From positions 15,132-79,131 of the forward strand of contig JARIGS010000004.1 of NCBI GenBank assembly GCA_029288725.1: a stretch of 64,000 bases of DNA. The letters run 5' to 3'. The stretch is from Candidatus Nomurabacteria bacterium. Lineage in GTDB: Bacteria; Patescibacteriota; Minisyncoccia; Phycocordibacterales; UBA9973. The translations under genes were made by a program, and so were the position numbers. Every line of letters begins with the position of its first letter. Within the stretch, counting starts at the first letter, position 1. Positions 20,069 through 30,000 of this stretch are shown piece by piece. The notes beneath the pieces are model-generated. The model was not told the origin of the DNA, did no database searches, and was given only the letters and a program-made list of their open reading frames with translations.

Positions 20069-20190
20069 ATATTCAATTGTTTTTAAAGAAGTTAAAGATT
20101 TTAGTTATTTTGTTTCCTGAACTTTACGGAATTTGAGGCAAAAGTCAATAAACAAAAATCCGCCCTTTTTAAGGGGCGGATTGGGATAAT

Positions 20191-20763
20191 TCAAACCATT
20201 ACATCGATACCTTCGTCTGTAAGGATTTTACAGAATACGGCATAATTGCAAATGTCGGTAAAAATTTCTTCAAAATGAACACGTTTCTTTTCTGGTGCAA
20301 GCGAGGACTTGTGAATAGTTGCGGCCCGGTCGAATTTAGTGAGCATTTCATCTACCATAAACCCGATCGTTCTTTTTCGCCACGATTCACCATAGTCATG
20401 ATTTTTCCTGACGAATACTTCTTTGGTTTTTGTTACCTCGTTATCGTACATCTTTTCAAGTTCGTTGAGGGATACAGAAGCACCGACAGCAACCCCGTTT
20501 TCCCATTCGCGGCATTTTACTTTCCCTAAAATACTATAGTTGATAATAGCAGGGAATTCTGATGCAACAGTATCTTCAACTTTTTGCTGACCAACCTGTT
20601 GAATAGTCTGTATTCTTTCAAGTTTAATGCATATTTTTTCAAGAAGGGAAGCTGCTCGGTATCGCTGCCAACTTTGGCCATATTCACTGTTCTTTTTAAA
20701 AAACTCTGTTCTGCAAGAATGTATGACCTTGTCATATTCCTCGTTAGATTTATTTTGATCCAT
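20191..20763 (-). CDS. DUF1599 tandem-domain protein
   Basis: Two repeats: KKNSEYGQSW...IINYS and RKNHDYGESW...DICNYAVF. Confidence 0.8.
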   Translation of the reverse strand: MDQNKSNEEYDKVIHSCRTEFFKKNSEYGQSWQRYRAASLLEKICIKLERIQTIQQVGQQKVEDTVASEFPAIINYSILGKVKCREWENGVAVGASVSLNELEKMYDNEVTKTKEVFVRKNHDYGESWRKRTIGFMVDEMLTKFDRAATIHKSSLAPEKKRVHFEEIFTDICNYAVFCKILTDEGIDVMV

Positions 20764-20869
20764 TGATATTTGTTTTCTGCAATATACGGGAAACGAACCA
20801 AAAGTCAAACCACCCTAATTCCTAGAGCAGGAAAATAGTAAAATCCTCATTTTCTGCTAGAATCACAGC

Positions 20870-22567
20870 ATGGAAACGACTATTCGCGAACTGATTACTG
20901 CTGCGCTGAAGGAATGCTATGGCCTTGAGGGGGTGGTATTTGCAGTGGAGCGTCCGAAGGAATTGGCGCATGGGGACTATGCGACGAATGTTGCATTGGT
21001 CATTGCAAAGACGCTTGAGGACCGACCTCAAGCATGTGCGGAAACGCTTGTTGCAACATTGAATAAAAACAAGCCGGCGGATATTGAGACCATTAGTATT
21101 GCCGGTCCGGGTTTTATCAATTTCTCACTCAGTGCAACTTTTTTTACGACCACGCTCAAAAATATTTTTGAACAAAAAGACCGATGGGGAAGTAGCGACC
21201 TCTACAAAGGAAAAAATATTTTAGTGGAGCATTCCAGCCCGAACCTGTTCAAGGCATTTCACATTGGCCATGTCATGAACAATGCCATTGGTGAATCCAT
21301 TGGTCGTCTCGCAAAACATTCTGGAGCGAATGTTCGCGTTATTTCTTTTCCTTCCGATATTTCTCTCGGTGTAGCAAAGGCAATCTTCATTCTTCTTGAA
21401 AAGTATGGCGAACACTTTGTGCCAACAGATATCGCAACATTGGGTGACGCGTATGTTGAAGGTACGAGACGTTACGATGAGGATGAAAGTATTCATGCGC
21501 GCGTGAAGGAAATTGCTGATCATTTGTATCAGCAGACGCCATCGCCAGAATGGACTATTTTTAGTATCTGCAAGGACTACAATATTAAATATTTTGAATA
21601 CATTACTGCTCGTCTCGGTTCGCATTTTGATGGCTATATCTACGAAAGTCAGGCAGGGGAAATTGGCAAAAAAATTGTTCTAGAACATACTCCGAGCGTG
21701 TTCACCGAAAGCGAAGGAGCGATCGTATATGTGCCGGATGAGGCTCGCAAGGATATCAATACTGCCGTATTCATCAACAGTCAGGGCAATCCAACGTATG
21801 AGGCCAAGGATATTGGGCTGTTGAGTATGAAGTTTGCCGATCAGCCGCTCGACCTCTCAATCTTTGTAACTGACAATCAGCAAGTACCGCATTTTCAAGT
21901 CGTGCTCGATGCTGCACATCATATCAATCCTGCATGGTCAGAAAAAAGTGTCCATGTTCATCACGGACGCATGTCATTCAAGGGCCAGAAGATGTCATCA
22001 CGTTTAGGCGGAGTGCCACTGGCAGCTGACCTTTTGGAAACACTCATTGCTGAAGTGCAGGAATACACGAAAGATCGACCAACTGCTGATGCAAAAGAAA
22101 ACCCCGAAGCAATCGCTATTGCAGCATTGAAATTCAGCATTCTCCGTGCGATGGCAGGGAAGGATATTAACTTTGATCCTGAAACGTCTTTATCATTTGA
22201 GGGAGATAGCGGTCCGTACCTGCAATACAGTACTGTTCGTGCCAACTCTATTCTTGCTAAGGCGAAAGATTGGGGAGCCGAGCTTCCAGAAGGATGGCAA
22301 ACAACTGATCTTGAAAAGATACTCATTCATTTCCCTGAAGTGGTGGAACATGCAATACAGGAATGGTCTCCGCACTTTATCGTGACCTATCTTTTGGAAT
22401 TGGCTCAGGCATTTAACAGTTGGTACGGCAATACAAAAATTATTGACCAAAGCGTCGAGCAGTCTGATGCCGCCTCTCCCTACAAGATTGCATTGACCAA
22501 AGCCTTTACACAAACGATGCAGAATGGTCTGTACCTGCTCGGTATCTCGGTGCCGGAGAAAATGTAG
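20870..22567 (+). CDS. argS: Arginine-tRNA ligase
   Basis: HGDYATN, AGPGFIN, SSPN..K.FHIGH, KMSSR, GDSGPYLQY. Confidence 0.97.
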   Translation: METTIRELITAALKECYGLEGVVFAVERPKELAHGDYATNVALVIAKTLEDRPQACAETLVATLNKNKPADIETISIAGPGFINFSLSATFFTTTLKNIFEQKDRWGSSDLYKGKNILVEHSSPNLFKAFHIGHVMNNAIGESIGRLAKHSGANVRVISFPSDISLGVAKAIFILLEKYGEHFVPTDIATLGDAYVEGTRRYDEDESIHARVKEIADHLYQQTPSPEWTIFSICKDYNIKYFEYITARLGSHFDGYIYESQAGEIGKKIVLEHTPSVFTESEGAIVYVPDEARKDINTAVFINSQGNPTYEAKDIGLLSMKFADQPLDLSIFVTDNQQVPHFQVVLDAAHHINPAWSEKSVHVHHGRMSFKGQKMSSRLGGVPLAADLLETLIAEVQEYTKDRPTADAKENPEAIAIAALKFSILRAMAGKDINFDPETSLSFEGDSGPYLQYSTVRANSILAKAKDWGAELPEGWQTTDLEKILIHFPEVVEHAIQEWSPHFIVTYLLELAQAFNSWYGNTKIIDQSVEQSDAASPYKIALTKAFTQTMQNGLYLLGISVPEKM

Positions 22568-22581
22568 TATCATAAAGACTT

Positions 22582-23061
22582 ATGACACACGAAAAAGAGG
22601 AGCGCAGTTTGATCATTATTAAGCCTGATGCCTTGCAGCGCAGTTTAGTCGGGGAAATCATTACCCGTTTTGAGCGCAAGGGATTGAAGATTATCGGCAT
22701 GAAAATGATGCAGCTGGATACTGCCCTGGTGGAGGAGCATTATGCTCATATCAAGGACAATGATGCCGTATTTCCTCGTATCAAGCGCTTTATGACCGCT
22801 ACTCCGGTGATTGTGATGGCAGTATCAGGCATCAGTGTTATTGATGCTATTCGTAGTATCGTTGGTCCGACCCGTGGCTATGAGGCGGCAGCCGGTACTA
22901 TTCGCGGTGACTATTCACTTTCTATCCAGTCAAACATCGTCCATGCGTCTGATTCAAAGGAATCAGCCGAAGTGGAAATCAAGCGCTTCTTCAAGGAAGA
23001 TGAATTGATGCAGTACGAAAAGATCAATACCGTGTTCGTGCACTCTGATCATTTGCTGTAA
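22582..23061 (+). CDS. ndk: Nucleoside diphosphate kinase
   Basis: IIKPDA, GTIRGDY, NIVHASDS. Confidence 0.97.
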   Translation: MTHEKEERSLIIIKPDALQRSLVGEIITRFERKGLKIIGMKMMQLDTALVEEHYAHIKDNDAVFPRIKRFMTATPVIVMAVSGISVIDAIRSIVGPTRGYEAAAGTIRGDYSLSIQSNIVHASDSKESAEVEIKRFFKEDELMQYEKINTVFVHSDHLL

Positions 23062-23106
23062 TTAGTACAGCGAAATGTTTGACCTCATATTTTCTTGCTG
23101 TCTATC

Positions 23107-23134
23107 TTGTCTTCCTGATTTCATCAACTATACT
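23107..23134 (+). promoter_or_regulatory. Sigma70 promoter for the 6S-like RNA
   Basis: TTGTCT-16-TATACT, ending 5 nt before the 5' end of the long stem. Confidence 0.65.
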
Positions 23135-23139
23135 GCAGG

Positions 23140-23286
23140 TACGGCTATCTAAAATAGTGCCTAGAACAATTTTTGTTTGGGGAAGTCTTGTGAAAAGAGG
23201 GTGCGTCAGAATTTTTATCGCGGCGTTCCTCAATTCCGGTCATCCCACTTGGCTTACAGCTAAGGCACTATTTCCAGATAGCCGTA
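23140..23286 (+). ncRNA. ssrS: Putative compact 6S RNA
   Basis: Terminal inverted repeat tacggctatct-a-aaatagtgcct / aggcactattt-cc-agatagccgta; internal rod pairing; upstream promoter; downstream hairpin plus T-run (23292-23319). Confidence 0.65.
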
Positions 23287-23346
23287 ATGAAACCATCATG
23301 CACATGCATGGTGTTTTTATATTTACCCGTGTGGTTTTCGCTCCCA

Positions 23347-23390
23347 GGATGTAATTTTTCCTGGCAGGCTGGCGGAAAAGATCACATCCT
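23347..23390 (+). repeat. Family-D hairpin repeat, copy 1
   Basis: gatgtaatttttcctggcaggctggcggaaaagatcacatc; similar to the reverse complement of 47078-47126. Confidence 0.65.
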
Positions 23391-23445
23391 TTCGCATCGC
23401 GTGCATCTCACAGTATTACCTTCATTGCCGTGCTACACTATTGAT

Positions 23446-24825
23446 ATGGAACCATCGAAAACATTGAAACTCACGTTTGCGGGCGGCACTGGATCTGTTA
23501 CTGGTGCGAATTTTTTATTACAGGGCGAAGGAAAAAGTTTTTTGATTGATTGCGGATTGGCTCAGGGTTCAAAATTGGCCGAAGAGTCCAACTGGAAACC
23601 GTTTGTCTACGATCCAAGCACTATTGATGCACTGTTCATCACTCATGCTCACATTGATCACATCGGTCGTATTCCAAAACTGGTCCACGATGGGTTCAAG
23701 GGGGTTATTTATTCCACTATTCCTACCAAGGACATCACTGAACTGATGCTTGAAGATACTGCCAACATCCTTACTCACAGTGACCGTGAGGGTAATGAGA
23801 TGGTGAAGGAGATTTATACGAAGCCAATCCTCGACAAGATCTTCCAAAGCTGGCAGGTTATTGATTATCATCAGGATCTCACTATTGGTCCGTTCATTTT
23901 TCGCTATCGCGATGCTGGTCATGTCCTCGGTTCAGGCATGCTTGAAGTTATGTATAACAATAAAAAGCTCATTTTTACTGGTGATCTTGGTAACTCACCG
24001 TCACCATTGTTGCGCGATACTGAAGCCATCAAAAACGTTGACTACTTGATCATGGAAAGTGTTTACGGTGACCGCAATCACACTGCTCGCAATGAGCGTC
24101 GTATTCGTCTGGAACAGACTATTGAGGACAATTACAAGAATAAGGGCACGCTCGTCATCCCAACGTTCTCATTGGAACGTGCGCAGGAATTATTGTTTGA
24201 GATTGATCAGCTTGTTGAGCATGATCGCATTCCTGAAATGCCGATCTTCTTTGATTCGCCATTGGCCATCAAGCTTACCAAGGTCTACAGCAAGTACACA
24301 CGCTACTTCAATGACTTTGCCCGCAAGCAGATAGGGGATGGTGATGATATTTTTAATTTCCCTGGTTTGAAATTTACCCTCCTGACCGAAGAGTCAAAGG
24401 AAATTGTTCATGAGCACAATCCTAAGATTGTTATTGCCGGTAGTGGTATGAGCAATGGCGGTCGTATTCTCCATCATGAGGCAAACTATTTACCGATTGC
24501 CAATAACACGCTGTTGCTGACGGGCTATCAGGCCGAAGGAACGCTCGGTCGGATGATTGAGGATGGTGCGAAACAGATCCGCATCAGCGGCCATGAAATA
24601 GCAGTTCGTTCACACGTTGTCTTCATTGATGGATACTCAGGTCACAAGGATTCCGACCATCTCGTGCAGTTTGTCGAGCAGACGGCGGATTCGCTCAAGA
24701 AAGTCTTCGTGGTGATGGGGGAACCGAAATCATCACTGTTCCTGACCCAGCGCCTGCGTGACTATCTCGGTGTTGAGGCTTTTGCACCACAGGAAAACGA
24801 TGTAGTAGAATTAGACTGTCAATAA
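23446..24825 (+). CDS. MBL-fold beta-CASP ribonuclease (start reassigned to MEPSK)
   Basis: THAHIDHIG, AGHVLGS, FTGDLG, MESVYG, AGSGM, YSGHKD. Confidence 0.93.
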   Translation: MEPSKTLKLTFAGGTGSVTGANFLLQGEGKSFLIDCGLAQGSKLAEESNWKPFVYDPSTIDALFITHAHIDHIGRIPKLVHDGFKGVIYSTIPTKDITELMLEDTANILTHSDREGNEMVKEIYTKPILDKIFQSWQVIDYHQDLTIGPFIFRYRDAGHVLGSGMLEVMYNNKKLIFTGDLGNSPSPLLRDTEAIKNVDYLIMESVYGDRNHTARNERRIRLEQTIEDNYKNKGTLVIPTFSLERAQELLFEIDQLVEHDRIPEMPIFFDSPLAIKLTKVYSKYTRYFNDFARKQIGDGDDIFNFPGLKFTLLTEESKEIVHEHNPKIVIAGSGMSNGGRILHHEANYLPIANNTLLLTGYQAEGTLGRMIEDGAKQIRISGHEIAVRSHVVFIDGYSGHKDSDHLVQFVEQTADSLKKVFVVMGEPKSSLFLTQRLRDYLGVEAFAPQENDVVELDCQ

Positions 24826-24826
24826 T

Positions 24827-25453
24827 ATGCCCGAACCAATCCCACCTATCCCAACATTAGAAAACACTACCAAGCATAACCATTTGAAAATAAAAATTGG
24901 CGTGTCTGGCGCGGCTGAAACCGGCCACTGTGGCTTGCATGCATTGGAAAAAGCCAAGGCATTGGGAAGCGAAGTAGTGAAGCAGGACTGTGTATTGGTT
25001 ACTGGCGCTACTACTGGCTTTCCACTATGGGCGGCGATGGGGGCGAAGGAAGCCGGCGGCATTTCAATTGGGCTGTCGCCGGCTTCAAGCGAACGTGAGC
25101 ACATCGAAACTTGGCGCCTGCCTGTTGACTATATGGATTTGATCATCTACACCGGCTTTGGTTTTCCCGGCCGTGACCTCCTCTTCACTCGTTCCTGCGA
25201 TGCCATTATTCTCGGCTGTGGCCGTATCGGCACCATTCATGAATTCACTATTGCCTTCGAAGACGGTAAGCCAATTGGCATTCTTGAGGGTCCTTGGGCC
25301 ATGGCCGACGAAATCAAGGAAATCATTGCCAAGGGCAATCGCCCTGCGCCCCACGTCATCTTTGATGATGACCCTCATAACCTCGTCCACCGCATCATTG
25401 GCATGGTGGAAGCCAATAAGGCTGAGATCAAGAAGGATTTGCCTAATATTTAG
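24827..25453 (+). CDS. LOG/SLOG-family nucleotide-binding protein
   Basis: IGVSGAA, LVTGATTG.P, IGLSPA, GRIGTIHEF. Confidence 0.85.
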   Translation: MPEPIPPIPTLENTTKHNHLKIKIGVSGAAETGHCGLHALEKAKALGSEVVKQDCVLVTGATTGFPLWAAMGAKEAGGISIGLSPASSEREHIETWRLPVDYMDLIIYTGFGFPGRDLLFTRSCDAIILGCGRIGTIHEFTIAFEDGKPIGILEGPWAMADEIKEIIAKGNRPAPHVIFDDDPHNLVHRIIGMVEANKAEIKKDLPNI

Positions 25454-25509
25454 AAATAAGGTGTTTTTTTTGATTTATTACTCGCTGATGCTATAATTTT
25501 TTCCAGAAA

Positions 25510-25677
25510 ATGACTGATGACGAGAAAAAACAAAAGATAGAGGAAATATACGAAACAGCGCGTCAGAAAATTCTTGAGTTGGAAAAACAACAAAAGGAAA
25601 TTATCAAACAATATCTTCAGGGCCTAGAACAGAAAAAAATTGAAGCCCTGCGAAAGGAAATTACAAATTCATTTTAA
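25510..25677 (+). CDS. Small coiled-coil protein (55 aa, below the ORF-track cutoff)
   Basis: MTDDEKKQKIEEIYETARQKILELEKQQKEIIKQYLQGLEQKKIEALRKEITNSF*; TATAAT upstream; next ATG 4 nt after the stop. Confidence 0.7.
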   Translation: MTDDEKKQKIEEIYETARQKILELEKQQKEIIKQYLQGLEQKKIEALRKEITNSF

Positions 25678-25681
25678 TACC

Positions 25682-26749
25682 ATGGAAAACGAAAACGATT
25701 TACTAAAAAAAGACCTTGCGGGCCTCGAAAAGAAAGAAGATATTGAAAAATTCATTGATGATGCGGAATTACTTGGTGGAAACGAGGAAGTCATTGCATT
25801 GGCAAAGGAAAAAATTGACGCACTCGAACGTCAGGCAGAATCAGCTACGGTACTCCACGATAATGAAAAAAGCCAAGTGGAATATTTGGGGGGCAGTGGC
25901 ACTGAACTTGAAGAAAAAATAGCGTCAACAAATGAAGCAATAGGAACAATAAAAACGGAGGCTACTGATCAAATCAAGAAGTTGGAAAATCTTTCAGAGG
26001 AAAAATCTTCCCTCGAAAAGGTAGCTGAAATGAAAAGCCTTGATGAGGCGGCTAGTCTGGAAGAAGCTCAGGCATATGTTAAGAAACTTCAGCAGGAATA
26101 TCAGGCAATAGGCGAGAAGGACGTACCAAAGATTAAGGAATTTCTCTCGACTATTACCGAAGATGAAATGCAGAAACTTGTTAAGGAGGGCCCAGATCAG
26201 CAGCGAGATTTAGCGTATGTAAAAGAACAAATTCAAAAAGCATTGCAATCAGAAGGAAAAGAAATAAAAGGAGTTCATTGGGTGAGAGCAGTATCAGCGT
26301 TGAGAAACCTTGATAGAAATTTTTCCGATCAATTGGAGCAAGATGATGACGAGCAAACAGCAAAAAGAAAGGAAGGGTATCGGTTTGAGAACTTTTCTCG
26401 TTCATTAGAACGAATGAAAAAAGAGGGGACCAGTGAGTATATTCAAAATGCAATGAATCCATGGCGATCATGGTCAGGCGCAGATGAAGAAAACGATGCC
26501 GTAGCGCTTGCTCGACAAATGGGCATAATTACACCTGACGAGATTAAAAAAGCCATTACGGAATATTTTGACGCAAGGTTTATAAATAATGAATATCCTA
26601 ATAAGATGCAAAATCTCTTGAGGAGTGCAGAGTATCTCCTTGACCGAGGAAAGCAATTTGGAGAAGTCGAAGTGGTCAAAGAAAACTTAAAAAAGGCAGG
26701 ATTGACCGACATGCAGATTCAGCAGGCGGAAACCAGACAGTACCATTAA
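25682..26749 (+). CDS. Hypothetical acidic coiled-coil protein (start MENEND)
   Basis: E/K-rich helical ORF, A-rich. Confidence 0.75.
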   Translation: MENENDLLKKDLAGLEKKEDIEKFIDDAELLGGNEEVIALAKEKIDALERQAESATVLHDNEKSQVEYLGGSGTELEEKIASTNEAIGTIKTEATDQIKKLENLSEEKSSLEKVAEMKSLDEAASLEEAQAYVKKLQQEYQAIGEKDVPKIKEFLSTITEDEMQKLVKEGPDQQRDLAYVKEQIQKALQSEGKEIKGVHWVRAVSALRNLDRNFSDQLEQDDDEQTAKRKEGYRFENFSRSLERMKKEGTSEYIQNAMNPWRSWSGADEENDAVALARQMGIITPDEIKKAITEYFDARFINNEYPNKMQNLLRSAEYLLDRGKQFGEVEVVKENLKKAGLTDMQIQQAETRQYH

Positions 26750-26767
26750 AGAAATATTTGACTGCCA

Positions 26768-26796
26768 TTGAAACGTAGTTATTTTTGTGCTACATT
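26768..26796 (+). promoter_or_regulatory. Sigma70 promoter of the ileS leader
   Basis: TTGAAA-17-TACATT. Confidence 0.7.
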
Positions 26797-26802
26797 TCGA
26801 TT

Positions 26803-27029
26803 AGCAGCGATGAAGAGGCTATCACCTCGGAGCTCTGGGAAGAAAGCCCGCCTACGCATAATGCTACGGCGCGGGAACTAGACCCCAGCGGGCATGCCCG
26901 TTATAGCAGTAATGAAGAATCCGCCTTTGCAAATGCTACGGCGAGATGAGGAACTAAGGTGGTACCGCGACATGAAAATCGCCCTTAGATTATGATGAGT
27001 ATTTCATCGTGATCTCAGGGCGATTTTTT
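26803..27029 (+). promoter_or_regulatory. Ile T-box riboswitch with ultra-short stem I and intrinsic terminator
   Basis: GAGG-CT-ATC-A-CCTC specifier hairpin (AUC at 26821); stem II ctggg-AAGAA...CTAGA-cccag; IIA/B cgggcatgcccgttat; T-box AAGGTGGTACCGCG (26956-26969); terminator aatcgccct...agggcgatttttt. Confidence 0.9.
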
Positions 27030-27063
27030 GTTACAACAGGCAATAAAATTAATTTACAACTAT

Positions 27064-30000
27064 ATGGAAGAAGACACAAACCCAGCCGTCGCTAAAGCTA
27101 TGGCGAGCAAAGAAAAATCACAACGTGCACAGACCGAGGAGCGGATCCTCGCATTTTGGCAGCAGGAACATATTTTTGAAAAGACCTTGGAAAAGGATGC
27201 CCCAAAGGGGGAGTATATTTTTTATGAAGGACCACCGACTGCCAATGCCAAGCCGGCATTGCACCACCTGGAGTCTCGCGCATTCAAGGACGTTATTCCT
27301 CGATACAAGACCATGCAGGGGTATCGTGTGCCGCGTCGTGCCGGATGGGATACGCACGGTTTGCCAGTAGAATTGCAGATTGAAAAGAAATTGGGTCTTA
27401 CTTCCAAGAAAGAGATCGAGGCGTATGGTGTCGCACAGTTCAATAAGGAATGTAAGGATAGTGTTTTCACCTACATCAAGGACTGGGAAGACTTTACCGA
27501 CCGCATCGGTTACTGGGTTGATAAGAAAAGCGCGTACTATACGTTTGATACGAATTACATTGAATCAGTCTGGCATATCTTGTCGACCGTAAACAACAAG
27601 GGCCTTGTCTACAAAGACTTCAAGGTCCTGCCGTGGTGCCCACGTTGCGGTACAGCGCTCTCAAGTCATGAATTGGCACAGCCAGGCGCATATATGGACG
27701 TGAAGGATTTGTCAGTGACAGCAAAGTTTAAAGTTGTTGGACAGGATAATACCTACATCCTCGCTTGGACTACTACACCGTGGACATTGCCAGGGAATGT
27801 CGGTTTAGCTGTTGGGGCGGATATTGATTATGTTGCAGTAGAAAAAGATGGAGAAACGCTGATCCTTGCAAAGGAGCGTATGGAAGTGCTCGGCGGCGAC
27901 CTTACGGTGATAAAAGAAATGAAAGGCAAAGATCTTGTTGGCCTTTCCTATGAACCGCTTTATCCATATCTTGCGAATCTTATCGCTGGTGACGAAGCAA
28001 AGAAAATGGATGCAGCATATAAGGTCTATCCAGCAGATTTCGTTACTACCACTGATGGTACCGGTATCGTACACACAGCCGTAATGTATGGTGCTGATGA
28101 CTTTGATTTGGGAACGGCAGTTGGTTTGCCAAAGTTTCATACCGTTGATGATACAGGGCATTTCATTGCCGGTACTGATTTTCTTGGGGGGCGATTTGTG
28201 AAGGATGAGGAAGTGGCTGTCGATATCATTAAAGACCTTGCGCATCGGGGATTGCTGTTCAAGAAGGAAAAATATGAGCACTCTTATCCGCATTGCTGGC
28301 GTTGTAAGACTCCATTGCTCTACTATGCCCGTGATTCATGGTACATCGCGATGTCAAAAATGCGTGATGAGCTAGTAAAGGAAAACGAGACCATCAACTG
28401 GGAACCGGCTCACATCAAGCAGGGGCGCTTTGGCGAATGGCTGAAGGACCTTAAGGATTGGGCGATTTCTCGTGAACGATACTGGGGTACGCCATTGCCG
28501 ATTTGGCAGGCAGCCGATGGTGAGCGACTATTTGTTGATTCCGTTGCAACATTGAAGCAATACATCAAGAAGTCAGGCAATACGTACTTCATCATGCGCC
28601 ATGGCCAGACTGAGCACAACCTCAAAGGATTGTGGAATTTCGGTGACACCACTGATCCGTTGACTGATGCAGGAAGGGAGCAGGTAGTGGCAAGCGCCGC
28701 TATGTTGAAGGATAAAAAGATTGACCTGATCATCACTTCACCGTTTGCCCGTACGCTGGAAACGGCAACACTGGTAGCGGCACGAATTGGATTGACTGAG
28801 GAAAATATCATTACCGATAGTCGCATCGGTGAGTGGAATGTCGGCGCAGCATTTGATGGCAAACCAATGGATGAGTTCTTTGCTATTCGCAATGCTCAGG
28901 CTGATCGATATGGGTTCAAAACCGAAGATGGTGAATCCTATGCTGACCTTATCAAGCGGGCAGGGGATTTTCTCTACGATATTGAAAAAAAATATGAAGG
29001 CAAAACAATTCTGATTGTCTCTCATGGTGGCGTTGATCGTGCGATGGATCTGATCTCGCAGGGTCTTTCAATGAGAAATCTGTTTGAACAGAGTCGCGCG
29101 TATCAGAACTTTGCCAATGCCGAAGTGCGGCAGATTGATTTTGCTCCCATGCCGCACAATGAACAATATGAGCTTGATCTGCACCGCCCGTTTATTGATG
29201 ACGTTGTGCTGGTCAAACCGGCAACTGACATGTCAGGAGAGGCAAGGGAATTCAGACGCGTGAAGGAAGTGATGGATGTCTGGTTTGACTCAGGGTCAAT
29301 GCCATTTGCACAGGATCATTATCCCTTCGGGCTACGCCCTCAGGGTCTGACGACCCATACAACCCAAGAACTTGCGTATCCGGCGGACTTTATCTCAGAA
29401 GCGATTGATCAGACCCGTGGATGGTTCTACACCTTGCATGCTATTGGAACATTGATGGGTCGTGGCAAGGCGTATAAAAACGTTATTTGTCTTGGTCATA
29501 TCCTTGATGCCGAAGGCAAGAAAATGTCGAAGTCCATCGGTAACATCGTTGATCCGTGGCAGGAAATGGGCCGTTTCGGTGTCGATACGTTGCGTTTGTG
29601 GATGTACTCAGTTAATCAGCCGGGGGATTCAAAAAACTATGACCCAAAGACCGTGATGGAAATGGAGCGTCAGACATTTGGCCTGCTGTATAACGTCCTT
29701 TCATTTTATGAACTCTATCGTGATACAGAGTTAGAGGTTCAATCTCTCAGTGAATCAACCAACGTATTGGATCAGTGGATCATTGCTCGTCTCAATATTT
29801 TGATCATCATCTGTACTGATGGTTTAGATCATTACAAAACGATGGAACCAGTACGAGCGATTCGTGATTTCATTGGTGACCTTTCAACGTGGTATGTGCG
29901 TCGATCGCGTGAGCGATTGAAGGGAGAAGGTCGCGTTTTAATGGACGGTACGCGACACGATTCCGCAGAATCGGCTAAAGCGACTCTGTACCATATTCTT

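Noticed and set aside
22450-22476. Possible degenerate family-A copy in argS (VEQSDAA)
   Set aside because: Too diverged to support by eye.
23079-23445. 91-aa ORF and the N-terminal extension of the RNase ORF
   Set aside because: Better explained by the 6S-like RNA, a hairpin repeat and a leaderless start at 23446.
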